In this document: piece by piece, positions 17,979-26,560 of the stretch
Numbering within the stretch: the stretch's first letter is position 1
How the letters are laid out: every line of letters begins with the position of its first letter
Assembly (NCBI RefSeq): GCF_047721705.1
Contig: NZ_JBDNXK010000004.1
Location: 2,463 to 66,462, forward strand
Length of the DNA: 64,000 nucleotides
Origin: Acetobacter sp.
GTDB lineage: Bacteria; Pseudomonadota; Alphaproteobacteria; Acetobacterales; Acetobacteraceae
Direction of reading: 5' to 3'
Notes under the pieces: generated by a model
Database searches by the model: none
Seen by the model: the letters and a program-made list of their open reading frames with translations, nothing else
What the model was told of the DNA's origin: nothing
Program-made: the position numbers and the translations under genes

Positions 17979-18647
17979 TCAATGACTGGCTTTTTTGCCA
18001 GCTGCTTTCTGCTCCTGGAACTGTTCGATCTCGCCTCTCAGGTTGCCAATCGGCGCTGCGCCAATCGTGTCCTGATAGGTCGTTCCGTCCCAGATCCAGC
18101 GATCCGAACCATCCACCACAAGATCGTACATTCCCTTGTGACTTGTCGGTAAAACGGCGATTTCACCGCTGACGGAGTCAAGAATCTTGCGCCAGTTGCT
18201 GCCCTGCTTGAGATAGACATCGGTCGAGCATCCTGCCGATCCGCAAAGCGCTGCTGACTGCAACTCAATGAAAAGCGCAACATCTCCCCTCTTCGTGGAA
18301 AGCGGCGCAGAACCAATGAGCACCAACGGCTCTTCATGATGACGACGAGACGTGGCTATATCATCCGCCGCAAGCATACGGGCCGCTTTATCGAGTTCTG
18401 TTTTGGGCTGCTGCGACAAAATCACCGGCTTTGCCTGCGATGCAGCGGAAGATGATGTCTTTCTGCCCGTCGCATGATGAGTCGTTGATTTATGGTGGGT
18501 GGTCGTCGCGCCGTGCGCCACCTCGAAATGACCGATCCCGACGCTCAATGCCGCCAGCACAAGGCCCGAACGATGCAGGGTCCGGATGCACCTTACCGGA
18601 GAAGCAACCGACTGTTTTTTCAAGGCCGATAGGGCAAATGAACGCAA
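17979..18647 (-). CDS. Hypothetical exported protein with His/Thr-rich linker
   Basis: Signal-like 'GLVLAALSVGIGHFEVAHG', then 'TTTHHKSTTHHATGRKTSSSAAS', then a Cys-containing globular C-terminal part. I recognise no family. Confidence 0.55.
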   Translation of the reverse strand: MRSFALSALKKQSVASPVRCIRTLHRSGLVLAALSVGIGHFEVAHGATTTHHKSTTHHATGRKTSSSAASQAKPVILSQQPKTELDKAARMLAADDIATSRRHHEEPLVLIGSAPLSTKRGDVALFIELQSAALCGSAGCSTDVYLKQGSNWRKILDSVSGEIAVLPTSHKGMYDLVVDGSDRWIWDGTTYQDTIGAAPIGNLRGEIEQFQEQKAAGKKASH

Positions 18648-18742
18648 GGCTGAAAAACTCCACCAGACGATGACAGGGGATGTTGAAGAGACACCCTACC
18701 CACTACCATAACCAAGATCGACCCAAGGAGCGATACATCTTG

Positions 18743-18964
18743 ATGAATGATGAAAGCCGTGTGCCTGCGGGCTTGTACCGGCACTACAAAGGTGGTCTCT
18801 ACACGGTGCTACATCTGGCGCGCCATAGCGAGACGGAGGAGTGGCTGGTGGTCTACCGCAGCGAGGCCCACGGGACATTCTGGGTGCGCCCACTTTCCAT
18901 GTGGCTGGAAGAGGTCGGCGGTCAGCCGCGGTTCGCGCTGGTGGAAAAGTCTCCGCCAGCCTGA
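18743..18964 (+). CDS. DUF1653 domain-containing protein
   Basis: 'GLYRHYKGGLYTVLHLARHSETEEWLVVYRS...FWVRPLSMW' is the DUF1653 hallmark as I remember it. ATG 18743 has 'AAGGAG' 12 nt upstream. Confidence 0.75.
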   Translation: MNDESRVPAGLYRHYKGGLYTVLHLARHSETEEWLVVYRSEAHGTFWVRPLSMWLEEVGGQPRFALVEKSPPA

Positions 18965-18971
18965 AACAACA

Positions 18972-18998
18972 AAGCCCTGCCCCAAAAGGGCAAGGCTT
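18972..18998. terminator. Bidirectional terminator candidate (DUF1653 / DUF2501 convergent pair)
   Basis: AAGCCCTGCCC-caaaa-GGGCAAGGCTT forms an 11-bp stem with one mismatch. T-rich sequence follows on both strands. Confidence 0.5.
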
Positions 18999-19025
18999 CT
19001 GTTTGAGCGGAATATACGCCGATAA

Positions 19026-19439
19026 TCAGATCAGCGATTTTGCCCGCGTCAGCACGGCCGAACACACCTTGCCCTGAGAATCATGATCAAGCGACGTGAT
19101 CGTGGAGCGCTTGCCTGAGATCAGGAACTGACCCGATGAGCCGATGGCGTAATCCATGTTGCCGTTCTGATCCATCGGCACGGCATTGGTCTTGGCGTTG
19201 ACCTTGGCCTGCAGCACATCACCATCGTCATGCGAAACGAGTTCCGTCTCAACACAATAGTTCAACAGGCCTGCAACGTTTGCGGGCGAAACCGAGGCCA
19301 CATCGCCGGGGGTCGCTACAGTCGTCGGGGACTGGCCATAAACGGGCGGCAGATCAGCTGCGTGAGCAGGCAGAATGAAAGACGCACTACCAGCCGCCAG
19401 AGCTGCAGCGGCGACGATATGAAGATGGAAACGGGTCAT
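19026..19439 (-). CDS. Exported DUF2501-like protein
   Basis: Signal peptide 'IVAAAALAAGSASFILPAHA/AD'. 'NVAGLLNYCVETELVS' resembles DUF2501. 'AGGAG' lies 7 nt upstream of the ATG. Confidence 0.65.
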   Translation of the reverse strand: MTRFHLHIVAAAALAAGSASFILPAHAADLPPVYGQSPTTVATPGDVASVSPANVAGLLNYCVETELVSHDDGDVLQAKVNAKTNAVPMDQNGNMDYAIGSSGQFLISGKRSTITSLDHDSQGKVCSAVLTRAKSLI

Positions 19440-19523
19440 CGAAAGCTCCTGATTGCTTTGTTGTCATGTTGCTTCAATGAACCGCACCGCGCAACATCAG
19501 GGAATGGCATAGAGCCATTCCTT

Positions 19524-19531
19524 GGGGGGGG
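19524..19531. repeat. G8 homopolymer tract (C8 on the - strand) next to an 8-bp hairpin
   Basis: Read directly from the sequence: GGAATGGC-ataga-GCCATTCC (19501-19521), then TT, then GGGGGGGG. It lies 85-92 nt upstream of the DUF2501 start and downstream of the tRNA-Gly 3' end. Confidence 0.9.
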
Positions 19532-19585
19532 ATCAACCGTTCACAATTTCGAGAACTTCGTAAAAGCCCGTCAATGAGCGGGTTC

Positions 19586-19659
19586 TGGAGCGGGTGAAGG
19601 GAATCGAACCCTCGTATGCAGCTTGGGAAGCTGCCGTTCTACCATTGAACTACACCCGC
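19586..19659 (-). tRNA. tRNA-Gly (anticodon CCC)
   Basis: The 74-nt sequence folds by hand into a cloverleaf:
- Acceptor stem: GCGGGTG / CACCCGC.
- D arm: GTTC-AATGGTA-GAAC.
- Anticodon stem: GCAGC / GCTGC, with loop TTCCCAA.
- T arm: GAGGG-TTCGATT-CCCTT.
- 3' end: encoded TCCA. Confidence 0.95.
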
Positions 19660-19670
19660 ATCTGGAGCGA

Positions 19671-19699
19671 CATATAATGCGGCCCCAAACAGGTTGCAA
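19671..19699 (-). promoter_or_regulatory. Sigma70-like promoter candidate for tRNA-Gly
   Basis: On the - strand: TTGCAA, a 17-nt spacer, then TATATG. The hexamer ends about 12 nt before the mature tRNA 5' end. Confidence 0.4.
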
Positions 19700-19722
19700 T
19701 CGCCGCCTTGCCTCTTCTCGCT

Positions 19723-21222
19723 CTAGAGCTTGGCCGGCACCCGTGGAGACCGCTGGGTCTTTTCGCTCCACCCACCTCCGAGCGCCCGATAGAGGGTGAC
19801 GATATTTTCATAGCGCGCCACCTGCACGGCGACCCGCGACTGCTCGGCCTGAAGCAGATTACGCTGCATGACAAGCTGGTTGAGATAGGAATCCGTGCCA
19901 ACGGAATAGCGCATTTGCGCCAGTCTGTAGGCGTCGGCCATCTCCTTCACGTAATCATCCATCCGTCGTCCCTCCTCGATATAGGTGGAACGGGCGACGA
20001 GCGTGTCCGAGACTTCCCGGAATGCAGTCTGGATCGATTTCTCATAGGCCGCCACCTTCATATCGCGCTCGGCTTTGGCCGCTTCCAGATTGCCCCGGTT
20101 CTGCCCCCATGTGAAAATCGGAATCGAGATGTTCGGCTGAAGGCCCCATGTAGTGGCAGGCGCCGTGAAGAGCCGGTGCCACATCAGACTGCTGATGCCA
20201 TCGGTGGCCGTCAGCGTGAATTTCGGAAAGAACGCAGCCCGTGCGGCGCCGATATTGGCGTTGGCCGACAACAGATCGTGCTCTGCTTCAATGATGTCCG
20301 GACGGCGGAACAGCAGTTCGGACGGCAGCCCCTCCGGAACGTCCGCCATCAGAGTCTGCTCGCCCAGAGGCCGGGGTGGTGGTAGATCAGCGGGGATCGG
20401 TGCGCCAATCAGAAGCGTAATGTTGTTCTCGTCCTGAGCAACCAGCCGTACCTGCTGAGCGCGCAGCTGACGCGCCTGATCATACTGGGTCTCCGCCTGA
20501 CGGACCGTCATCAGGTTTTCTTCGCCATGATCGTAACGCAGACGCACGAGCCGGACATTCTCACCAAGGTTTTCGGTGGCCTTTATGGCAATATCGAGAA
20601 CTTCTTTGTCGCCAAGCCATGCGAGATAAGCGTTAGCAACCTGTGACACGATGCTGATGCGCAGGGCGCGCTCCGCCGCCACCTGCTTCAGCGCCGTTTC
20701 CGCAGCGGCGTTCGACAGACTGCGTATCCGTCCGAACACATCGATCTCGTAGGAAGAGAACCCGATGCCAGCGCTATAGTATCGGAAGGTGGAGATGCTC
20801 TGTCCGACGCCCGGCGCAAAGCTGAAACCGGCGGTCTGCGACGGCTGCATGTACATCGCCTGTCCCGACGCCCCGATTGGCGGAAACAGCGACGCATGCT
20901 GGATATCATACTGCCCGGCCGCCTGCGCGACACTCGCCGCAGCCTGACGCAGATCGCGGTTCTCCCGCATGGCAATGGCAATCAGCGCTTTCAGACGGGG
21001 GTCAATGAAGAAATCCGACCAGCCAATATCCGACGCAGGCGTTTGCAGATTGCCATTCCCTGCCTTGACCGCCGGCATGGGATCGGCCGGAAACTTGTCG
21101 GAAACAGGTGCTTTCGGCCGGTGGTAGGTCGGCGTCATCGTGCAGCCAGCCAGCAGCAGAGCGGCAAGCGCGACCGATCCTGAACGGGTGGCGGCACCAC
21201 CCATGCGGGAAAAGACTTTCAT
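19723..21222 (-). CDS. RND efflux outer-membrane factor lipoprotein (NodT/OprM family)
   Basis: Lipobox 'LLLAGC'. Two TolC-like repeats are present. 'FFPKFTLTA' and 'WGLQPNISIPIFTWGQNRGNLEAAKA' are typical of NodT family proteins. Confidence 0.9.
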   Translation of the reverse strand: MKVFSRMGGAATRSGSVALAALLLAGCTMTPTYHRPKAPVSDKFPADPMPAVKAGNGNLQTPASDIGWSDFFIDPRLKALIAIAMRENRDLRQAAASVAQAAGQYDIQHASLFPPIGASGQAMYMQPSQTAGFSFAPGVGQSISTFRYYSAGIGFSSYEIDVFGRIRSLSNAAAETALKQVAAERALRISIVSQVANAYLAWLGDKEVLDIAIKATENLGENVRLVRLRYDHGEENLMTVRQAETQYDQARQLRAQQVRLVAQDENNITLLIGAPIPADLPPPRPLGEQTLMADVPEGLPSELLFRRPDIIEAEHDLLSANANIGAARAAFFPKFTLTATDGISSLMWHRLFTAPATTWGLQPNISIPIFTWGQNRGNLEAAKAERDMKVAAYEKSIQTAFREVSDTLVARSTYIEEGRRMDDYVKEMADAYRLAQMRYSVGTDSYLNQLVMQRNLLQAEQSRVAVQVARYENIVTLYRALGGGWSEKTQRSPRVPAKL

Positions 21223-24200
21223 CAGCCTGCCTCCGGTGCCGCTGTTGGGGGAAGATGGGTGTCATCCTTGCGTTCCGAGAGGCGACGCACCTTGAACAGA
21301 CGAAGCACCAGCACGAAGAACAGCGGTACGAAGAACACGGCGAGGAAGGTCGCCGTCAGCATGCCGCCGACAACGGCCGTGCCGATGGCTTCACGCGCAG
21401 CCGAGCCTGCGCCAGACGCAATGGCCAGCGGAAACACACCGAGCACGAAGGCGATGGAGGTCATCAGGATGGGACGCAAACGCTCCCGTCCCGCATTGAG
21501 CACCGCTTCTTCCAGTGACTGCCCTGCTTCAAAGTTCGCCTTGGCGAATTCGACGATCAGGATCGCGTTTTTCACTGCCAGACCAACAGTCGTGAGCAGC
21601 CCCACCTGGAAATAGACATCATTGTCCATACCACGCCATAGGGTCGCAATGATCGCCCCCAGCACGCCAAGCGGTATGACCAGAATGACCGCAACGGGAA
21701 TGGCCCAGCTTTCATACAGAGCCGCAAGGCAGAGCAGGATGACGACAGCGGCAAGGGCATAAAGCGGTCCCGTCGAAGAACCGGACGCCATCTGCTCGAA
21801 GGACAGCCCCGTCCATTCGTAACCCACGCCTTCCGGCAGATCCTTGAGGATATCCGTGATAGCGGCAATGGCGTCACCGGAACTGTAACCGGATGCCGGC
21901 TGGCCAAGAATTTCGTACGAATTCAGACCGTTGTAATCCTCGACCTTCTGCGGCCCCACGATCCAGCTTCCGCTCACGACAGCATTGAAAGGCACCATCG
22001 TTCCCGCACTGTTCCGCAGATACCACGCGCTCAGATCAACCGGGACCATGCGCGCGGAAGGCATTCCCTGAATATAGACCTGCTTCACACGGTCATCGCG
22101 CATGAACTGATTCACATAGATCGAACCCAGCGCACCTTCGATCAGCGTATTGATATCGGTAATCGACACACCCAGCGCGCTCGCCTTCTCCCGATCGATA
22201 TCGAGATGATATTGTGGCGCATCTTCCAGACCATTCGGACGGACCGCCATCAGGCGCTTGTCCTTCGCAGCACGACCGAGAACCATGTTCCGCGCGGCAA
22301 GCAGTTTCTGATGTCCGATGTGCCCCCGGTCTTCCAGTTCCAGATCGAAACCGGACGCATTGCCCAGCTCCAGCACGGCGGGCGGATTGATCGCGAAGAT
22401 CTGCGCCTCCGGGTCACCCCAGAAATGCATCATGATGCGCATCGCGATGGCGTCCACGCCCTGACTGAGCTTCGGCCGTTCATCCCACGGCTTCAGCTTG
22501 ATGAAGAACGCACCGGCGCTCTGTCCCTGCCCCGCAAAGTTGAAGCCGTTCATCGCAAAAACGGATTCAACATTATCGCCTTCGGTTTTCAGGACGTAAT
22601 CCGAAACCTTCTTCGTGACCTTTGCCGTCTCTTCCCGCGTGGTTCCGGGCGGCATCGTGACCTGTCCGAAAATCAGCCCCTGATCCTCATTCGGCAGGAA
22701 GCCCGCAGGAAGCCGCATGAACAGGAAAACAGCCACACCCGTGATGGCGGCAAAACCGATAAGGGACAGCACGCGATGGCCAATGATCAGTTCGACACCA
22801 CGAAGATAACCATTGGTGAGGCGTGTGAAGGACCTGTTGAACCAGCCAGCAAGCCCCTTGTCCTTCTCATGCTGACCGGGCTTGAGCATGGTGGCGCAGA
22901 GTGCAGGCGTCATGATCATGGCGACCAGCACCGAAAGCCACATGGCGGCGCAGATGGTGATCGAGAACTGGCGATAGATCACGCCCGTCGAGCCGCTGAA
23001 GGCCGCCATCGGCAGGAACACCGCCGTCAACACCAGCACGATGCCGATCAGCGCGCCGGAGATTTCATCCATCGACACGCGCGCCGCTTCCCGAGGAGAA
23101 AGATTCTTCTCGTGCATGACGCGCTCGACGTTTTCGACCACGACAATCGCGTCATCCACCAGCAGGCCGACAGCCAGCACCATGGCCAGCATGGTCAGCG
23201 TATTGATCGAGAACCCGAGCGCCGACAGGAAGCCGAACGTGCCGAGCAACACCACCGGCACGGCGATCGTCGGAATCAGGGTCGCGCGGAAGTTCTGCAG
23301 GAACACCAGCATCACAAGGAACACGAGCGCGATCGCTTCCGCCAGCGTGATGACCACTTCCTGGATGGACAGCGTGATGAACGGTTCCGTATCGAGCGGA
23401 TAAACCGTTTTCAGACCAGCCGGGTAGAATTTCTCAAGCCGCGCGATTTCCTCACGGACAGCCGCTTCCGTCGTGAGCTGATTGGCGCCCGGCGTCAGCT
23501 TCAGCGCCATACCTGTGGCAGGCTTGCCGTTATAGATCGAAGTAAAGGCATAATTCTGCGCGCCCAGCTCAACTGTGCCGATATCGCCCAGACGCACCTG
23601 CGAGCCGTCCTGCTGCACTTTCAGAATGATGCGCTTGAACTCTTCCGGCGATGAAAGCCGTGTCGGCCCGATGATGGTCGCATCCAGTCGCGCACCCGGT
23701 TTGGCAGGCAGACCGCCAAGCTCACCCGAGGACACCTGAATGTTCTGGTTCTGAATGGCCGCCTCAACATCCCCGACCGTCAGGCCGTAGCTGTAGAGCT
23801 TCTGCGGATCGAGCCAGATACGCATCGCGTATTCCGAACCGAACAGCGTGTGATCGCCCACGCCCGATACGCGCGAAAGCGGATCGGACACGTTGGACGC
23901 CACGTAATCCGAAATGTCCTGAGCGCTCATCGACCCATCGGTGGAGATGAAGCTCACGACCATCATGAAGTTCTTCACGGCCTTCGCAACACTCAGGCCC
24001 TGCGTCGTTACTTCCGTTGGCAGACGGGGCTGCGCAAGCTGGAGCTTGTTCTGCACCTGCACCTGCGCGATGTCGGGATCCGTTCCTTGCGCGAAGGTCA
24101 GATCGATTTCCATCTGGCCAGACGCATAGGACTGCGCCGAGATGTACTCGAGATGATCAAGCCCGAACATCTGCTGGAGGATCGGTCTGACAACGGTGTT

Positions 24201-24374
24201 GTTGACGGTATCCGCCGAGGCGCCGGGATAGGTCACACTAATGGAGACCTGTGGCGGCGCGATGGAGGGATACTGCGCGATCGGCATGCGGAAGATGGCC
24301 ACCGCGCCAACGAGCATGATGATCAGCCCGATCACCCATGCGAAAACGGGCCTGTCGATAAAGAAGCGTGACAT
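21222..24374 (-). CDS. RND multidrug efflux permease (AcrB/MexB-like, HAE1)
   Basis: 1050 aa. 'MSRFFIDRPVFAWVIGLIIML', 'GLLVDDAIVVVENVER', with 12 TM segments and two large periplasmic loops. Confidence 0.97.
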   Translation of the reverse strand: MSRFFIDRPVFAWVIGLIIMLVGAVAIFRMPIAQYPSIAPPQVSISVTYPGASADTVNNTVVRPILQQMFGLDHLEYISAQSYASGQMEIDLTFAQGTDPDIAQVQVQNKLQLAQPRLPTEVTTQGLSVAKAVKNFMMVVSFISTDGSMSAQDISDYVASNVSDPLSRVSGVGDHTLFGSEYAMRIWLDPQKLYSYGLTVGDVEAAIQNQNIQVSSGELGGLPAKPGARLDATIIGPTRLSSPEEFKRIILKVQQDGSQVRLGDIGTVELGAQNYAFTSIYNGKPATGMALKLTPGANQLTTEAAVREEIARLEKFYPAGLKTVYPLDTEPFITLSIQEVVITLAEAIALVFLVMLVFLQNFRATLIPTIAVPVVLLGTFGFLSALGFSINTLTMLAMVLAVGLLVDDAIVVVENVERVMHEKNLSPREAARVSMDEISGALIGIVLVLTAVFLPMAAFSGSTGVIYRQFSITICAAMWLSVLVAMIMTPALCATMLKPGQHEKDKGLAGWFNRSFTRLTNGYLRGVELIIGHRVLSLIGFAAITGVAVFLFMRLPAGFLPNEDQGLIFGQVTMPPGTTREETAKVTKKVSDYVLKTEGDNVESVFAMNGFNFAGQGQSAGAFFIKLKPWDERPKLSQGVDAIAMRIMMHFWGDPEAQIFAINPPAVLELGNASGFDLELEDRGHIGHQKLLAARNMVLGRAAKDKRLMAVRPNGLEDAPQYHLDIDREKASALGVSITDINTLIEGALGSIYVNQFMRDDRVKQVYIQGMPSARMVPVDLSAWYLRNSAGTMVPFNAVVSGSWIVGPQKVEDYNGLNSYEILGQPASGYSSGDAIAAITDILKDLPEGVGYEWTGLSFEQMASGSSTGPLYALAAVVILLCLAALYESWAIPVAVILVIPLGVLGAIIATLWRGMDNDVYFQVGLLTTVGLAVKNAILIVEFAKANFEAGQSLEEAVLNAGRERLRPILMTSIAFVLGVFPLAIASGAGSAAREAIGTAVVGGMLTATFLAVFFVPLFFVLVLRLFKVRRLSERKDDTHLPPTAAPEAG

Positions 24375-24380
24375 GTGGGC

Positions 24381-25556
24381 TTAATTCTTTCCGCTGTCGG
24401 ACGGTGCTTCTTCAGTGAAGGGAGCGGGCGTGACCTTGTCCCCGGGATGCACTTTCAGGGATCCAACGATGACGACCCGATCACCGGCCTTGAGGCCAGT
24501 ATTCACGATCCAGTCGTTGCCGTGCGTCGATCCGACGTCGATGCCACGGAACTGGACCTTGTCGTCACTATCGACAACCAGCACCTGCGCGTCGCCATGG
24601 CTGTTCCGCGTCACAGCCTGCTGAGGAACCAGCAACGCCTGTGGATTGACGCCTTCATCAAGCGTGGCATGAACATACATTCCCGGCAGCAGCAGTCTCT
24701 GTGGATTGGGGAACACAGCCCGCACCACGACGGTCGCCGTTGCCTGATCAACGTTCACTTCGCTGAACTGCATCTTGCCGGGCTGCTCGTATGTGGAGCC
24801 GTCCTCCAGTTCCAGCGAAACAGGGACAGAATTGTCCGGATTTGTGTGAATCTGACCCGATGCTACCTCACGCCGCAGGCGCAGCAGTGAAATGGCCGGC
24901 AGATTGACGTCCACATAGATAGGATCAAGGCGTGTGACGACGGCCATGTTGCTGGACTGCCCCGCCTGCACCAATGCGCCCACAGTCAGAAGTGTTCGCC
25001 CGATCCGTCCGGTAATCGGTGACTTCACTTCCGTATAGCGAAGGTTGGTTGCAGCGGTTTCAACCTGCCCTTGCGCCGTGAGTATCTGCGCGTCAGCTGC
25101 GCGGGAGGCCGCGAGCGCGTCGTCATATTCCTGCTTGCTGACCGCATGCGCCTTCATGAGAGGACCATAACGCTCCAGCTTAGCTTTCGCCGTAACGGCA
25201 TTGGCTTTTGCTTGGGCAAGCTGGCCCGAGGCACTGTCATACGCTGCTTTATAAAGACTTGGATCGATCTGGTAGAGCTGTTGCCCTGCCTGCACATCCG
25301 AGCCTTCGACGAAAAAGCGCTTCATGATCACGCCGTTTACCTGCGGGCGGACCATTGCGATTTCGTAAGCGGAAATGCGACCGGGAATACGTGTATGAAT
25401 CTGTACGGAGTGCGGCTGAACAGTCAGCACTTCTACTTTTTGTGGCGGTGGAGCGGCCTGTTGAGGCGCTTTCTTATTGCACCCTGACAGAAGCAGCAGG
25501 CTGGTCACCGAAGCCACAACAGGGGAGATGGGAAAACGGACGGGGCTTTTCACCAA
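24381..25556 (-). CDS. RND efflux periplasmic adaptor (membrane fusion protein, AcrA/MexA-like)
   Basis: Lipobox 'LLLSGC'. 'GRISAYEIAMVRPQVNGVI', coiled-coil hairpin region, and 'YTEVKSPITGRIGR'. Confidence 0.92.
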   Translation of the reverse strand: MVKSPVRFPISPVVASVTSLLLLSGCNKKAPQQAAPPPQKVEVLTVQPHSVQIHTRIPGRISAYEIAMVRPQVNGVIMKRFFVEGSDVQAGQQLYQIDPSLYKAAYDSASGQLAQAKANAVTAKAKLERYGPLMKAHAVSKQEYDDALAASRAADAQILTAQGQVETAATNLRYTEVKSPITGRIGRTLLTVGALVQAGQSSNMAVVTRLDPIYVDVNLPAISLLRLRREVASGQIHTNPDNSVPVSLELEDGSTYEQPGKMQFSEVNVDQATATVVVRAVFPNPQRLLLPGMYVHATLDEGVNPQALLVPQQAVTRNSHGDAQVLVVDSDDKVQFRGIDVGSTHGNDWIVNTGLKAGDRVVIVGSLKVHPGDKVTPAPFTEEAPSDSGKN

Positions 25557-25664
25557 GGTATCCTGCTGTCGTCTATATGAAGTTTAAAAGAAAATTAGAG
25601 CAACGAACGGTTTCAGCCCACGCAAAAATGGTTACGTCAGCGAATCCGCTTACCGCATCGAATA

Positions 25665-25680
25665 GAAACTACATAGTTTC
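25665..25680. promoter_or_regulatory. Inverted repeat, candidate TetR operator
   Basis: GAAACTA-CA-TAGTTTC (perfect 7-bp arms) in the 200-bp divergent region between the efflux operon and the TetR gene. Confidence 0.4.
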
Positions 25681-25756
25681 CAAACCAAAGGTCAAGCCTG
25701 CTCCGCACACATTCACATGGACAGGAGAAGCGCGAACAGGCACATAAAAAGAAGTC

Positions 25757-26437
25757 ATGGATGTAAAAAATCTTCACCTTTCTCCCTGTTCCGGCTCAGG
25801 CCGCGGGCCGGGACGACCGCCCGAAATGGCGGAATGTGAACGCCGCGAGAAAATTCTCGTCGCAGCGGGTGATGTTCTGCTGACATACGGCTATCAGGCC
25901 GCCTCCATGGACAAGGTCGCCCAGTGCTCGGGCATGTCGAAGAGAACGCTGTACCAGCTATTCCCTTCCAAACAGGAACTTTTCCACGCCCTGATCGACA
26001 TGCGGCTTTTCCGCATTTCCTGCTCGGTCAGCGAGGCTATGGAATTCACTGAGGCAGGGCTGGTGAAGCTGCTCACCGAAATGGCAACCCACCTCATCCG
26101 TCCCGAGACGATCGAACTGATTCGCGCCATCATTTTCTCGGCCTCCGAAGCCGAGGACATTAGGGAAATCATGACCACCCTGAAGCAGTGCGGAGAGTCG
26201 AACAGGCTTACCGCATGGGTGCAGACATATTGCCAGCACCACGGGCTTTCCAGTGAAGGGTCTGAAATACGGTGCCGCCAGCTTTTTGGCATGACGATCG
26301 GCGAGTTGATGCTGCAAGCTCTGATCAGCAGAGACCTCCCTCCTGAGGAGATACGCACATTCATAGCCTCGGGCGCCAATCTGTTTCTCGTTGGACTGAA
26401 CACCCTCGATACATCATCCGACACTTCCCGCGCCTAG
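25757..26437 (+). CDS. TetR/AcrR family transcriptional regulator
   Basis: 'GRGPGRPPE...REKILVAAGDVLLTYGYQAASMDKVAQCSGMSKRTLYQLFPSKQELFHALI' is the TetR_N HTH. Confidence 0.9.
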   Translation: MDVKNLHLSPCSGSGRGPGRPPEMAECERREKILVAAGDVLLTYGYQAASMDKVAQCSGMSKRTLYQLFPSKQELFHALIDMRLFRISCSVSEAMEFTEAGLVKLLTEMATHLIRPETIELIRAIIFSASEAEDIREIMTTLKQCGESNRLTAWVQTYCQHHGLSSEGSEIRCRQLFGMTIGELMLQALISRDLPPEEIRTFIASGANLFLVGLNTLDTSSDTSRA

Positions 26438-26560
26438 AGTCCGCCAAAGTTCAGACATCTGCATCCGCAGCAGAATCATGCTAGGATGCCACCGATTTCA
26501 TGACGCAAAACAAGGCTTTCTGATCATCATGACATGCTGCGGCAAAGAGGCGGATATCCC

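Noticed and set aside
19440-19722. tRNA-Gly as an integration site for a genomic island
   Set aside because: No integrase, no direct repeat of the tRNA 3' end that I could find by eye, and no compositional break next to the tRNA. The flanking genes are an RND operon and small conserved DUFs.
22206-23654. 482-aa + strand ORF (the 24375..24890 and 25071..25487 ORFs are similar)
   Set aside because: They are antisense to the RND permease and adaptor genes. Their composition is highly Arg/His-rich, and they are not credible.
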